64,000 bases of DNA from contig JACWDM010000004.1 of the NCBI GenBank assembly GCA_014654065.1, forward strand, positions 31,080 through 95,079. Direction: 5' to 3'. How positions within the stretch are numbered: position 1 is the stretch's first letter; each line of letters opens with the position of its first letter. The DNA is from Pelagibacterales bacterium SAG-MED15 (GTDB taxonomy: Bacteria; Pseudomonadota; Alphaproteobacteria; Pelagibacterales; Pelagibacteraceae). The notes under the pieces were generated by a model. It was not told the origin of the DNA, did not search any database, and saw only the letters and a program-made list of their open reading frames with translations. Below, piece after piece: positions 8,534-18,389 of the stretch. The position numbers and the translations under genes were made by a program.

Positions 8534-9945
8534 GTTAATTTAGGTTTATTCTTACTAAAATTAAAAGCTTTTTCATACATATTTGCAAAATTAAATACCT
8601 TCAAATCATCTTTATTCCTTCCAATGATTTGCATTCCCATTGGCATCCCATCTTTATTGAAACCAACTGGTATTGTAATGGTTGGTAATTCTAAAAGACT
8701 AGATAATATAAAAACTTCTAACCAACGATGATAGGTATCTAATTCGATATTATTAATATTTTTTGGATATTGTAAATTTTTATCAAAAGGAAAAATTTGA
8801 GCTGATGGCAATGCTAAAAAATCAAAATTTTGAAAAATTAAATTTATTTGACTTAAATATTGTTGTTTTAGATCTAGGGCTAATCGTATTTCCTCAGATT
8901 TAATTTCTTTACCTTTGTTATATTCCCAGATTGCCTGATATGTCATTGTATTAATATCTGAAATATTCATAGCTAAAGTATCTTCATATATACTTTTAGC
9001 TCTTAATATGGTCCAGCTATTCCATAAAATATCAGTATTTATTTTTGGCTTAAGTAATTCTACTTTAATATTTATTTTTTCTAAATCTTTCAGTTTATTT
9101 TCACAAATTGTTAATATATCTTTTTCTATATTGTAGTTCCCATTCATATTTGACAACCATCCAATTTTAAATGCTGAAAATTCTTTATCACTTATATTTT
9201 GGTTTTTAAACGAACCGCTTAGGTCGAATGAAAATTTATCTAATGAATCACTTCCAGCAATTTCATCTAGTAAAATCGACATATTATTCGGATTTGTCGC
9301 AAAACATCCTGGTGTTGTAAGTATAGGTAAGTCTAAATTTTGGTTAGTACGATCTACTGGAATTAAACCTGGTGTGGGTCTAAAACCATAAATATTTGCG
9401 TATGCTGCAGGTCCTCGACACGATCCCATCTGATCTGTACCATCTGCAAATGGTAATAATCCAGCAGCAACAGCTGAGCTCGCTCCCCCACTCGATCCGG
9501 CAGCAGATTTTGATAAATCGTAAACATTTGAAGTTGGTCCAAAAAGTCTATTAATTGTATGGCCTCCAACGCCAAGCTCTGCTGTATTTGTTTTCCCAAT
9601 AATAATTGCTCCTTTGTTAATTAATCTATTTACAAATAATGAATTTTTTTTAGGTTGATTATTTTTTGATCCAGGAAAACCGTAAGTTGTTTTAAATCCT
9701 ACTACATCTGTTAGATCCTTAATTGCAATAGGTAATCCATTTAAAGATTTATCAATTTCTTTAGCTTTATCCTTTTCAATTGCCTCTTTTATTATTAATT
9801 CTCGATCTTTTTGAAGAACAATCGCATTTAAATCAGGATTTAATTTTTCAATTCTATCCAAATAATATTCAACAACTTCTTTAATTGAAATTTGACGACT
9901 TTTAATTATATTTTGTAATTCTTTTACTGATTGGCTTTCCAGCAT
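8530..9945 (-). CDS. Amidase-signature family amidase
   Basis: 471 aa with the GGSSGG-type signature (AAGSSGGASSAVAAG) and the KTNTAELG / IAIKD blocks. Confidence 0.85.
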   Translation of the reverse strand: MLESQSVKELQNIIKSRQISIKEVVEYYLDRIEKLNPDLNAIVLQKDRELIIKEAIEKDKAKEIDKSLNGLPIAIKDLTDVVGFKTTYGFPGSKNNQPKKNSLFVNRLINKGAIIIGKTNTAELGVGGHTINRLFGPTSNVYDLSKSAAGSSGGASSAVAAGLLPFADGTDQMGSCRGPAAYANIYGFRPTPGLIPVDRTNQNLDLPILTTPGCFATNPNNMSILLDEIAGSDSLDKFSFDLSGSFKNQNISDKEFSAFKIGWLSNMNGNYNIEKDILTICENKLKDLEKINIKVELLKPKINTDILWNSWTILRAKSIYEDTLAMNISDINTMTYQAIWEYNKGKEIKSEEIRLALDLKQQYLSQINLIFQNFDFLALPSAQIFPFDKNLQYPKNINNIELDTYHRWLEVFILSSLLELPTITIPVGFNKDGMPMGMQIIGRNKDDLKVFNFANMYEKAFNFSKNKPKLT

Positions 9946-9951
9946 AAAAAC

Positions 9952-11142
9952 TTATCTAGCTTTTTTGATGCTTTGCATGACCATCTCTTTCATATCCTCA
10001 TAAGAAGCTTTTTTTGGATTAGTTGCATAAGCTTGGTCCTTCATTGCCTTCTCTGCAATTCGATCTACGCAGTCTTCGGTTACTCCTATTTCACTTAAAC
10101 TTTTAGGTATTTGGAGTCTGTCTAACATTTTTTCAATATTGTTTATAAAAGAGCCAATTGAATGATCTTTAAATTGCATTGCTTCTGACATACGTTTAAC
10201 TTTTTCGTCCATGTCGTACAGATTATATTTTAGAACAACTGGTAATATGATTGCATTAGTTAATCCATGTTGTGTATTAAATTCTGCACCAACCATGTGA
10301 GATATAGAATGAACGTTGCCAAGTCCTTTTAAGAAAGCTACTCCACCTAAGTAAGAACCAATATGCATCCCTCCTCTCGCTATTAAATTCTTAGGTTCTT
10401 CAACCGCCAAGTAAAGAGATTTTGAAATTAAAGATAAGCTTTCTAAAGCAGAGCCATCACATAATGGGTGAAATCCAGGAACACAATAACCTTCTATTGC
10501 ATGGACCATTGCATCAACTCCTGTCCACGCTGTTAATGAAGATGGTAATCCTAAAGTTAACTCTGGATCAACTAAAGCTAGAACGGGTCTTACATCTGGA
10601 TGCCACATACAAAATTTCATTCCCTCTTTTAAATAAGTAACCATAGCTGTAATTTCTGTTTCTGCACCTGTACCTGCTGTAGTTGGTATAGTTATTATTT
10701 TAGGAAATGGGTTGTCTTTACTTATCTTTGGTGGCGTTAACTCAAATTCGAAATCTCTAAGTGGTATATCGTTATTTGCTGTGAGGCATATCAATTTACC
10801 TCCATCCATTGCACTACCACCACCAATAGCAATTATTGAGTCATGATTTCCATTTTTATATTTTTTACAACCAGCTGATATTTCATCCTCTCTAGGATTG
10901 GGGGATATTTCAGAAAATAGGTCAGATTTTATATTTGCTTTAAATAAAAGTTCTTTTAATTCGTTAATAAAAGGTAATTTGGTGCTTCCATTATCTGTGA
11001 CAATTAAAGGATTTCTTATTCCAAATTTATTACATTGATCACCGATTTCTTTGAATCTACCAGGCCCATAAGCGGTATTAGTTGGAAAAGTCCAATCTTG
11101 ATTTGATAAAATTTCAGTTTCGTTTAGTTTAAAATTTTGCAT
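9952..11142 (-). CDS. Iron-containing (group III) alcohol dehydrogenase
   Basis: 396 aa with the blocks IAIGGGSAMDGGK, PTTAGTGAE and VHAIEGY / HSISHMVG (metal ligands). Confidence 0.85.
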   Translation of the reverse strand: MQNFKLNETEILSNQDWTFPTNTAYGPGRFKEIGDQCNKFGIRNPLIVTDNGSTKLPFINELKELLFKANIKSDLFSEISPNPREDEISAGCKKYKNGNHDSIIAIGGGSAMDGGKLICLTANNDIPLRDFEFELTPPKISKDNPFPKIITIPTTAGTGAETEITAMVTYLKEGMKFCMWHPDVRPVLALVDPELTLGLPSSLTAWTGVDAMVHAIEGYCVPGFHPLCDGSALESLSLISKSLYLAVEEPKNLIARGGMHIGSYLGGVAFLKGLGNVHSISHMVGAEFNTQHGLTNAIILPVVLKYNLYDMDEKVKRMSEAMQFKDHSIGSFINNIEKMLDRLQIPKSLSEIGVTEDCVDRIAEKAMKDQAYATNPKKASYEDMKEMVMQSIKKAR

Positions 11143-11191
11143 TTTTGTATCAATAAGTTAATTATATACTACCAATTATATCAAAAAGTAA

Positions 11192-12124
11192 ATGAAGAAT
11201 TCATCAGTAAAATCTAATTCAAGGATTATTTATCTCTCAGTTGGTTCAATGTTTCTTGGAGTTCTTTTTATTGATATTTATGGAATAATTGTCAAATTTT
11301 TGGGTGATACATATTCAACTAATCAAATGGTTTTATTTAGAAATTTGTTCGCAATTATACCTCTGCTAGCATTAATTTTTTACACAAATGAAAACTTAAA
11401 AATTTTTAAAAATTTGACCAAGAAATTTATTATTCTTTGTTTTGTAAGGGGTTTTTGTTTTTTATTTATGAATGTGTTTTATTTTATCGCAATAAATAAT
11501 ATGGATTTTGCAACTGCGTCTACATTAACATTTTCTGCAACATTTTTTATTGTGATCTTATCTATATTTTTTTTAAATGATAAAGTTGGTATTTATAGAT
11601 GGTCAGCAGTGATAATAGGTTTTCTTGGTGTAGCCATGATAATGAAACCAACAAGTGATATTTTTTCTTATTACTCTATTTACCCTCTTATGGTTGGTTT
11701 TTTATATGCTGTTGCAATTATAATTCTTAAATTTATACCTAAATATAATTCAACGGCAAAAATTCAGTTCTATTCTTTGATAGCTTCTATTTTTGGTGCA
11801 GTTATTCTTTTGGCTATCACATTCGATAATAAATTTATCCAAAGTTATAAAGATTTATTAATGTTGGTATCAATTGGTATTTTGGGTGGAGCTGCTGGTA
11901 TTCTTTTCATTTATTCTTACAGATTGATTGAAGCTAGTAAGCTTGCTGTGTTTGAATATTTGGCAATACCCTCTTCATTCTTTCTCGGATGGTTTTTTTT
12001 TAATGAAGCTCCAATTGATCAACTATTTCCAGGTGTATTAGGAATTATTTTTGCAGGAATGATTATTATTTGGAGAGACAAAAAAAAGAAGAGAACTTTT
12101 AAAGTAAGTAAAAAAGTTTATTAA
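11192..12124 (+). CDS. DMT superfamily (EamA-like) transporter
   Basis: 310 aa with about 10 TM segments, divergent from the Fe-ADH/amidase/DMT operon. Confidence 0.75.
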   Translation: MKNSSVKSNSRIIYLSVGSMFLGVLFIDIYGIIVKFLGDTYSTNQMVLFRNLFAIIPLLALIFYTNENLKIFKNLTKKFIILCFVRGFCFLFMNVFYFIAINNMDFATASTLTFSATFFIVILSIFFLNDKVGIYRWSAVIIGFLGVAMIMKPTSDIFSYYSIYPLMVGFLYAVAIIILKFIPKYNSTAKIQFYSLIASIFGAVILLAITFDNKFIQSYKDLLMLVSIGILGGAAGILFIYSYRLIEASKLAVFEYLAIPSSFFLGWFFFNEAPIDQLFPGVLGIIFAGMIIIWRDKKKKRTFKVSKKVY

Positions 12125-13167
12125 ACTTTTGATTTCATTGACTGCATAACAATCGATCTATCAATTTCACCTAGTAACTTTCCAGATGAAGAGCAAACTA
12201 CTGGATAAGCTTGATCTCCTTCGCTTAATTGATCTATCAAAGTTTCGATTTTTAAATTATCTTCAATGCAGTTTACTTTATTTTCATATAACTTCTTTGC
12301 TTCAGTTGAGCATTCTTTTCTCATTACTTTTCCTGCACTAAGAACTTTATATTTTGGAACATCTTCACAAAAATCTTTTACATATTGGTCTTTTGGATTT
12401 GATACTATTTCTTCCGGTGTTCCTATTTGTGAAATTTCACCATCTTTCATTATAGCTATGTGATCGCCCATCTTGATTGCTTCTAAAAAATCATGCGTAA
12501 TAAAAACCATAGTTCTTTGAAGTTTTTCTTGAATTTTTAAAAGCTCATCTTGCATTTCCCTTCTAATAAGTGGATCTAATGCAGAAAATGGTTCATCAAA
12601 AATTAAAATTTCGGGATCTACTGCTAATGCTCTTGCTAACCCTACTCTTTGTTGCATACCACCTGAAAGCTCTCTTGGATAATTATTCTGCCATCCATCT
12701 AATCCAACCATTTTTAAAACTTCCATAGATTTTTCTAACCTAATATCTTTTTTTGTTCCTCTGACTTCTAATCCGTATCCAATATTTTCTATAACTGTTC
12801 TGTGTGGAAAAAGTCCAAAATGTTGAAACACCATACTCATTTTATTTCTTCTTAACTCTAACAAATCTTTGGCGCTCATTTTAGTTACATCAACATCATC
12901 CATTTTTACTGTGCCTGAAGTAGGCTCTATCAATCTAGAAATACATCTTACCAAAGTAGATTTTCCACTTCCTGATAAACCCATTACCACAAAAGTTTCA
13001 CCCTTTTGAATTGAAAAACTAACATCCTTAACTGCAACAACATGGCCAGTTTTTTCCTGAACTTCTTTAATAGAGAGGCTTGAGTCTAGATTTTTTATTA
13101 TTGTCTTTTCATCTGGGCCAAATAACTTCCAAATATTTGAACAGGTAATCTTTTGGTCTTTATTCAT
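12121..13167 (-). CDS. proV: Glycine betaine/proline-type ABC transporter ATP-binding protein
   Basis: Walker A GLSGSGKST, signature LSGGMQQRVGLARAL, Walker B ILIFDEPFSALD, and a C-terminal regulatory extension as in ProV/OpuAA. Confidence 0.9.
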   Translation of the reverse strand: MNKDQKITCSNIWKLFGPDEKTIIKNLDSSLSIKEVQEKTGHVVAVKDVSFSIQKGETFVVMGLSGSGKSTLVRCISRLIEPTSGTVKMDDVDVTKMSAKDLLELRRNKMSMVFQHFGLFPHRTVIENIGYGLEVRGTKKDIRLEKSMEVLKMVGLDGWQNNYPRELSGGMQQRVGLARALAVDPEILIFDEPFSALDPLIRREMQDELLKIQEKLQRTMVFITHDFLEAIKMGDHIAIMKDGEISQIGTPEEIVSNPKDQYVKDFCEDVPKYKVLSAGKVMRKECSTEAKKLYENKVNCIEDNLKIETLIDQLSEGDQAYPVVCSSSGKLLGEIDRSIVMQSMKSKV

Positions 13168-13246
13168 TCTTAAAACTTATAATTTATTGTTAACATACAC
13201 AATATTTTGCTTTAAAAGTAAATTTAATTATTCTAATTTTATAAAT

Positions 13247-15361
13247 ATGTCTAGTAGCACTGAAATCTTAGGAAAATCTAACCAGTCAAAAAACTTAATA
13301 ACTTATTCGATAATTGGTATAGTTTTTTTAATAGCTTTATGGCTTTCATCACAAAGTGAAGGCCCTTCAAAATTTCCAAAATTTGTTACAGACGAATTTA
13401 CATTTACTGCGTGGGTTAACGAAGGAGAAGATTTTTTAAAAAAAAATTATAGATGGATCACCAAAATTATAGCTAGCTACATTAAAGCAAGCTATTATTT
13501 TGTTGAAGATTTTTTGCTTGAGTCACCTTGGCTTTTGATAACAGCAATTATTGTTATTCCATGTATGATCGCTGGGGGTCTTAGATTGGGACTTTACTCA
13601 TTGTTTGTAGTTTATTTTTGGGGTGCAACTGGAATGTGGGAACCTTCTCTCCAGACAGTGGCCTTAATGGGACTTTCTGTTTTACTTTGTGTCTTTTTTG
13701 GATTCATTTTAGGAGTTTTTTGCTCACAAAGCGATAGGTTTGAAAATTTTATGAAACCAGTTTTAGACACTATGCAAGTGATGCCTGCTTTTGTTTATTT
13801 ATTTCCAGCTTTATTTTTTTTCGGCATAGGTGGAGCACCAGCAATTCTAGCTACAATGATTTATGCAATGCCACCGATCATAAGATTAACTAATACTGGT
13901 ATAAGGCAAGTTCCAGCGCAAACAATTGAAAGCGCAACATCTTTTGGTTCAAATAAATTACAACTTTTGTTCAAAATAAAAATTCCGTTATCTTTACCTA
14001 GTATAATGATGGGTATTAATCAGGTCATAATGATGGCGCTTGCGCTTGTAGTGCTTGCTTGTTTTATTGGAGCTGAAGGAATTGGTGGTCAAGTTTGGCA
14101 AGCCATCAGAAGATTAGATGTTGGTTGGGCTATGGAAGGAGGACTTTGTATTTTATTTATGGCAATAATGTTTGATAGATTTAGTATGGCCTTTAGCAAA
14201 GACAAAGAAAGACTTCCATCAGATGTTCAAAAATTCTATTTGCTCCCTCAAAGTTGGGCAAAGTACCAAATAGCTAGACTTATAGAAAAACCCTTAAGTA
14301 TAACTCATGATTTTATGAAATATATTTGTGTATTTATAACGAATTTAATTTCTTACTTTTGCAAATCTTTAATTTCAATATTTAACAAAATATTAGCAGA
14401 AGACATTGGGGAGTTCATAAGTAAGAGATATTACATTATTCCATCTTTTATAGTCTTTTTTATAATAATTTTAATCGATTCATATTTTATAAAAATTGGT
14501 TCTTTTCCTGAAGAATGGAGATTATCAATTAGACAACCAATTACAAACGCTGTGGAAAGCTTAACTGTTAATCCAGGTTTCATTTCTTTTACAAAGGGTT
14601 TAAGAGCATTTGTTTATCTGAACTTACTACGTCCATTAGATGTTTTCTTAACGCACATACCATGGTGGTATACTATGGCTGTCTTTGTTGCATTAGGATA
14701 TATTACTGTAGGAATAAGATTTGCCATTATAACAGCTCTTTTATTATCTTTTATAGGGGCTTGTGGAATTTGGTCTCACTCAATGATAACTTTATCATCA
14801 GTTTTAGTCTCTGTTGCATTATGTTTTGTAATTGGGGTACCTCTTGGAATAATAGCTTCTTACAATGAGAGGTTTAGGAATATTCAGAATGTTGTCTTAG
14901 ATGCAATGCAAACACTTCCTTATTTTTGTTATTTAATTCCTGTACTCATGTTTTTTGGTGGTGGTATTGTCTCTGCTGTTTTGGCAACTGTAATTTATGC
15001 TATACCGCCAATAATAAGACTTACATCACTAGGTTTAACACAAGTATCTGGAACATATTCAGAGGTATCAAGATCATTTGGGGGGACATTAATTCAAACC
15101 TTAAATAAAGTAAAATTTCCATTAGCAGTTCCAAGTTTGGTAATAGGTTTTAACCAGACTGTTATAATGGCATTTGCAATGCAAATTGTTACTCCGCTCA
15201 TAGGTGGAAAGGGACTTGGATTAGAAGTGTTTAATGGCCTGGCTCGATCTGACACTGGAAGAGGCCTAGCCGCAGGTATTGGAATTGTGCTTCTTGCAAT
15301 AATCATAGATAGAATAACTCTCGCGTGGACAAAAAAGCAAAGACAGGCATTAGGTTTATAA
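13247..15361 (+). CDS. proW: Glycine betaine-type ABC permease with two permease domains fused in one polypeptide
   Basis: Two ProW-like modules are present: ...MQVMPAFVYLFPALFFFGIGGAPAILATMIYAMPPIIRLTNTGIRQVP... and ...MQTLPYFCYLIPVLMFFGGGIVSAVLATVIYAIPPIIRLTSLGLTQVS.... ATG 13247 is preferred to the track's TTG at 13187, which lies 19 nt from the divergent proV start. Confidence 0.85.
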   Translation: MSSSTEILGKSNQSKNLITYSIIGIVFLIALWLSSQSEGPSKFPKFVTDEFTFTAWVNEGEDFLKKNYRWITKIIASYIKASYYFVEDFLLESPWLLITAIIVIPCMIAGGLRLGLYSLFVVYFWGATGMWEPSLQTVALMGLSVLLCVFFGFILGVFCSQSDRFENFMKPVLDTMQVMPAFVYLFPALFFFGIGGAPAILATMIYAMPPIIRLTNTGIRQVPAQTIESATSFGSNKLQLLFKIKIPLSLPSIMMGINQVIMMALALVVLACFIGAEGIGGQVWQAIRRLDVGWAMEGGLCILFMAIMFDRFSMAFSKDKERLPSDVQKFYLLPQSWAKYQIARLIEKPLSITHDFMKYICVFITNLISYFCKSLISIFNKILAEDIGEFISKRYYIIPSFIVFFIIILIDSYFIKIGSFPEEWRLSIRQPITNAVESLTVNPGFISFTKGLRAFVYLNLLRPLDVFLTHIPWWYTMAVFVALGYITVGIRFAIITALLLSFIGACGIWSHSMITLSSVLVSVALCFVIGVPLGIIASYNERFRNIQNVVLDAMQTLPYFCYLIPVLMFFGGGIVSAVLATVIYAIPPIIRLTSLGLTQVSGTYSEVSRSFGGTLIQTLNKVKFPLAVPSLVIGFNQTVIMAFAMQIVTPLIGGKGLGLEVFNGLARSDTGRGLAAGIGIVLLAIIIDRITLAWTKKQRQALGL

Positions 15362-15403
15362 AATAAACAAATTAATTAAGAAATTTAGCCATTTTTTGTC
15401 CGG

Positions 15404-15433
15404 TTTACATTTATATAAGTTTTGCACTACAAT
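15404..15433 (+). promoter_or_regulatory. Candidate sigma70-type promoter upstream of proX
   Basis: TTTACA (15404-15409), an 18-nt spacer, then TACAAT (15428-15433), about 30 nt upstream of the RBS gggagg and ATG 15464. AT-rich DNA yields many such matches by chance. Confidence 0.3.
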
Positions 15434-15463
15434 AGTTTTTTTAAATTTAAGGGAGGAAACTTA

Positions 15464-16474
15464 ATGAAACTAACAAAAACAATATCGGCACTATTTTTAT
15501 CTTTAGTGCTATTAGTGGGTAGTTTAGGGCAAGCAAATGCTGCTAAGAGACTACACGCAGCTATTGCTGACTGGACAGGTGGTATTATAACTTGTGAAGT
15601 CGCTGTAGCAATTCTTGAGAGAGAATATGGATACAAAGTTAAACAAACTGTATTTCCATCAGGAACAGGTTTGTGGGAAGCAATTGCAGCAGGAGAAATT
15701 GATTTTGCATGCGAAAGCTGGCCAAGTTACGCTGAGGCGGACTCTGTTATGCTGAATGAAGATCTTATTTACGAAGGTAAAGTGGTTGGATCTTACAGTG
15801 GAGATGGAAGTGTAGATTTACTAGGTACAGCAGGAATAATTGGTTTATCAGATTACTGGATTCCAAGATATGCTGCTGAAGAGTTTGGTATAAAAACTTG
15901 GAAAGATTTAAATAAACATAAGGATAAATTTGCTACTATCGAAACTGGAAACAGAGGTAGACTTATCGCATGTCCAGTAGCTGGTTGGAACTGTCATGAC
16001 CAAAAAAGACTTGATCTTTTAGGAATTGATTTCCAAGCAGATGAACTTGGAACTGAAGCTGCAGCAATTGCAGAAGCAAAAGCAGCTTACATGAGAAAAG
16101 AACCTTTCATGTTATACCTATGGTCACCACATTGGTTTTTTGGTCAGTATGACATGGTTGGAGTTCAGCTTCCAGATCATAAAGTTTGTAATCCTGATAC
16201 GTTTACAGAAGCAAACAACTGGAAAGATTGTGGAACAAAAGGTTGGCCAGCAACTGGTTGGGCAAAAGACTATACAATGAATTATGGTAACCCAGCTGTT
16301 TTTGCAAAATCTGAAAACGCAGAAGCTAAGAAATTCTTCGAAAACATGTCTTTACAAAATATCGACCAGGCTAAAATGTTGGTTGAAGTTGATATTAAAA
16401 AAAGACCTGTAAAAGAAGTTGTTGCAGAGTGGTTAGACAATAATCCAGATAAATGGAAGCCTTGGTTAAAATAA
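15464..16474 (+). CDS. proX: Glycine betaine-type ABC substrate-binding protein
   Basis: Signal peptide MKLTKTISALFLSLVLLVGSLGQANA and a Trp-rich mature protein (WTGG, SWPSY, LWSPHWFF) typical of quaternary-amine binding proteins. ATG 15464 is preceded by gggaggaaactta and preferred over TTG 15422. Confidence 0.85.
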   Translation: MKLTKTISALFLSLVLLVGSLGQANAAKRLHAAIADWTGGIITCEVAVAILEREYGYKVKQTVFPSGTGLWEAIAAGEIDFACESWPSYAEADSVMLNEDLIYEGKVVGSYSGDGSVDLLGTAGIIGLSDYWIPRYAAEEFGIKTWKDLNKHKDKFATIETGNRGRLIACPVAGWNCHDQKRLDLLGIDFQADELGTEAAAIAEAKAAYMRKEPFMLYLWSPHWFFGQYDMVGVQLPDHKVCNPDTFTEANNWKDCGTKGWPATGWAKDYTMNYGNPAVFAKSENAEAKKFFENMSLQNIDQAKMLVEVDIKKRPVKEVVAEWLDNNPDKWKPWLK

Positions 16475-16495
16475 CATTTTTAAAACTCTAAAATT

Positions 16496-16526
16496 AAAGG
16501 CCCTTTTTATAAGGGCCTTTTTTTTT
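16496..16526 (+). terminator. Rho-independent terminator after proX
   Basis: Stem aaaggccc (16496-16503) / gggccttt (16513-16520) with a 9-nt loop, followed by a T-run to 16526. Confidence 0.7.
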
Positions 16527-17165
16527 ATGCATTTAATTCATAGAGGAATATTAAATAAGAAATTCAAAGAGAATTGCTTAGATTCTTTTAAAGCTTCTTT
16601 TAAAAAAAAATATGGGATTGAGACAGATATACATGCAACAAAAGATAAAAAATTTATATGTTTCCATGATTTTACTTTAAAAAGAATATTTAAAATAAAC
16701 AAAAGTATAAAAGATATTAAATATCAAGAATTAAAAAAAATTAAGTATAAAAGTTTTAAAATTCCACTTTTAACTGAGGTCCTTAAACTTTCAAAAAACA
16801 AATATCCAATATTCGTTGAAATTAAACCATTTCTTGAGAAGAGATTACTAAGTAAATTAATCAATGAAACAAAAGGTTTTAACAAAGTCGTTTTTATTTC
16901 ATTTAAGAAAGATAATATTGATAACCTTTTAAAAATTAACTCTAGTATTAAAGTAGGGTTATCTTTTTCTAATCGTTCAAGTATTAAATCAATTTTAAAA
17001 AGTTCAGTAAATAAAAAATTAAAATGTTTAATATTAGATAAAAAATTTTTAAATAACAAAAAAATACAAAAAATAAAAAAAGAAAAATACTATTATACGA
17101 TTAAGAATAAAAATTATTTTTTAAAATACAGAAAAAATTATAATCTTATTTTTGAAAATTTATGA
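16527..17165 (+). CDS. Glycerophosphodiester phosphodiesterase family protein (short, very Lys-rich)
   Basis: N-terminal HRG...ENCLDSFKASF...GIETDIH resembles the GDPD catalytic motif (HRG, E-N-S/T, E-x-D-h). The 3' end overlaps the convergent gene by 6 nt. Confidence 0.6.
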   Translation: MHLIHRGILNKKFKENCLDSFKASFKKKYGIETDIHATKDKKFICFHDFTLKRIFKINKSIKDIKYQELKKIKYKSFKIPLLTEVLKLSKNKYPIFVEIKPFLEKRLLSKLINETKGFNKVVFISFKKDNIDNLLKINSSIKVGLSFSNRSSIKSILKSSVNKKLKCLILDKKFLNNKKIQKIKKEKYYYTIKNKNYFLKYRKNYNLIFENL

Positions 17166-18371
17166 TTTTTGTTTTTTTAAGTATTCTAATCTACCAATAA
17201 TTTCATCTCTATCTAAATAGTATCCTTGTAAATGGCGATGTCCTGAGTTTGGATCGAAAGCAGTTCTTCCATGTAAAACTCGTCTATTATTAAATGAAAA
17301 TATGTCACCAGGGCCTAATCTAAATTTTATTTGAAATTTATCATCGTGTAAAAGATTTCCAAATCTATGATGCGCTTTATAAACTTTATCCATTTGATCT
17401 GGGTGACAATCTAAAGCATCCATAGTTGCAACACTAAATCTTATATCATGAAAATCTTTATCCTTAGTTAAGCTGATTGCTGGCGCATGAAAACTTCTAT
17501 GAGATTCTTGTGTATAATCTTTATCTCTAAACTTTAACGGAACTGAAATTAATGTTTCAAAAATTTCTTTTTCATTTTTTTTTAAATATTCAGCTACAGC
17601 AAAACCATCTATGGCTGAAGAATCTCCACCTTGAGCATCGTTTATTAAACAATGCAAGAACTGATAACCAGGTGGAAGCTCAAACCAAGGTAAATCCATA
17701 TGATTTCTAAGAGCATGTGCGGTGTATGCAGAGTTATTAGGTTTTGGAATATTGATTACTTCAAATGGTGTTTTGAAAAACGTTTCTCTAACATGGCTAA
17801 TTCTATGAAGAACATCAAAAGCAGATTTTTTTTCAATTGGAGCATTTTTAACTATTGCTATACCTTTGTGATGAAGTAATTCCAACCATTTCACTAAACC
17901 TTTATCAGAATTAATGATCTCATCATGATCTATATAAATTGATTCAAAGTTTTTTGATAAATTATTATCCCATAGTTGATATGGGGAAATATATTTCTTT
18001 TTATTATTTATTGTGTAACAATTTTCTCTGAGCCACTTAGGATCATAGTAACTGGTATGATTACCTTCACTCCATTCTATTTTTAATTTTCCTTCATCAT
18101 TTAAAGAATAATTTTTTGGATTTATATCTTTTGAAACCTCTAAAATATTAAACATTCTATGGTTTGAGTCTTTATCATGAGCTGTGGGACAGTTATCTCT
18201 TAACCATAAATAGTTAAAATTACTTTGTTCGCCGTCACTCCACTTGATACTTAAATTTTTGTCTTTTTTTTCAACGTTATCAATTTTAACCATATTTAAA
18301 TTCTTAATATTTTTTAAAGGTTTTTCAATAAATTTTTCACAAAAATATTCTTGTTTTTTACCCTCATACAA
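17160..18371 (-). CDS. Gamma-butyrobetaine hydroxylase / trimethyllysine hydroxylase-like Fe(II)/2-oxoglutarate dioxygenase
   Basis: The N-terminal DUF971-like module (LSIKWSDGEQSNFNYLWLRDNCP, repeated as KIEWSEGNHTSYYDPKWLRENC) is followed by a TauD-fold domain with HMDLPW and NRRVLHGRTAF. Confidence 0.8.
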   Translation of the reverse strand: MYEGKKQEYFCEKFIEKPLKNIKNLNMVKIDNVEKKDKNLSIKWSDGEQSNFNYLWLRDNCPTAHDKDSNHRMFNILEVSKDINPKNYSLNDEGKLKIEWSEGNHTSYYDPKWLRENCYTINNKKKYISPYQLWDNNLSKNFESIYIDHDEIINSDKGLVKWLELLHHKGIAIVKNAPIEKKSAFDVLHRISHVRETFFKTPFEVINIPKPNNSAYTAHALRNHMDLPWFELPPGYQFLHCLINDAQGGDSSAIDGFAVAEYLKKNEKEIFETLISVPLKFRDKDYTQESHRSFHAPAISLTKDKDFHDIRFSVATMDALDCHPDQMDKVYKAHHRFGNLLHDDKFQIKFRLGPGDIFSFNNRRVLHGRTAFDPNSGHRHLQGYYLDRDEIIGRLEYLKKQKS

Positions 18372-18389
18372 TATTAAAGTAATAGGGCT

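Noticed and set aside
8516-8731. A 71-aa plus-strand ORF spanning the DMT/amidase junction, and the 33551-33811 minus-strand ORF overlapping the divergent gene start.
   Set aside because: Both lie antisense to well-supported genes. They have hydrophobic low-complexity translations and no independent support.
13188-13195. An 8-bp perfect palindrome TGTTAACA in the proV/proW divergent control region, considered as a candidate operator.
   Set aside because: Palindromes of 8 bp are expected by chance in AT-rich DNA. It overlaps the rejected TTG start, and no regulator gene lies nearby. It is not supportable without comparative data.
13187-13246. The TTG-initiated extension of proW, and likewise the TTG 15422 extension of proX and the TTG 3073 extension of the CoA-transferase.
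   Set aside because: In each case a downstream in-frame ATG has a better context: an RBS gggagg for proX, a signal peptide or canonical N-terminus, and adequate spacing from the divergent promoter region.
14662-15108. Two same-strand out-of-frame ORFs (14662-14868 and 14926-15108) inside the second ProW domain. I asked whether they indicate a frameshift or pseudogene.
   Set aside because: The main frame is uninterrupted through both permease domains with conserved loops intact. The alternative frames give Cys/Asn-rich nonsense.
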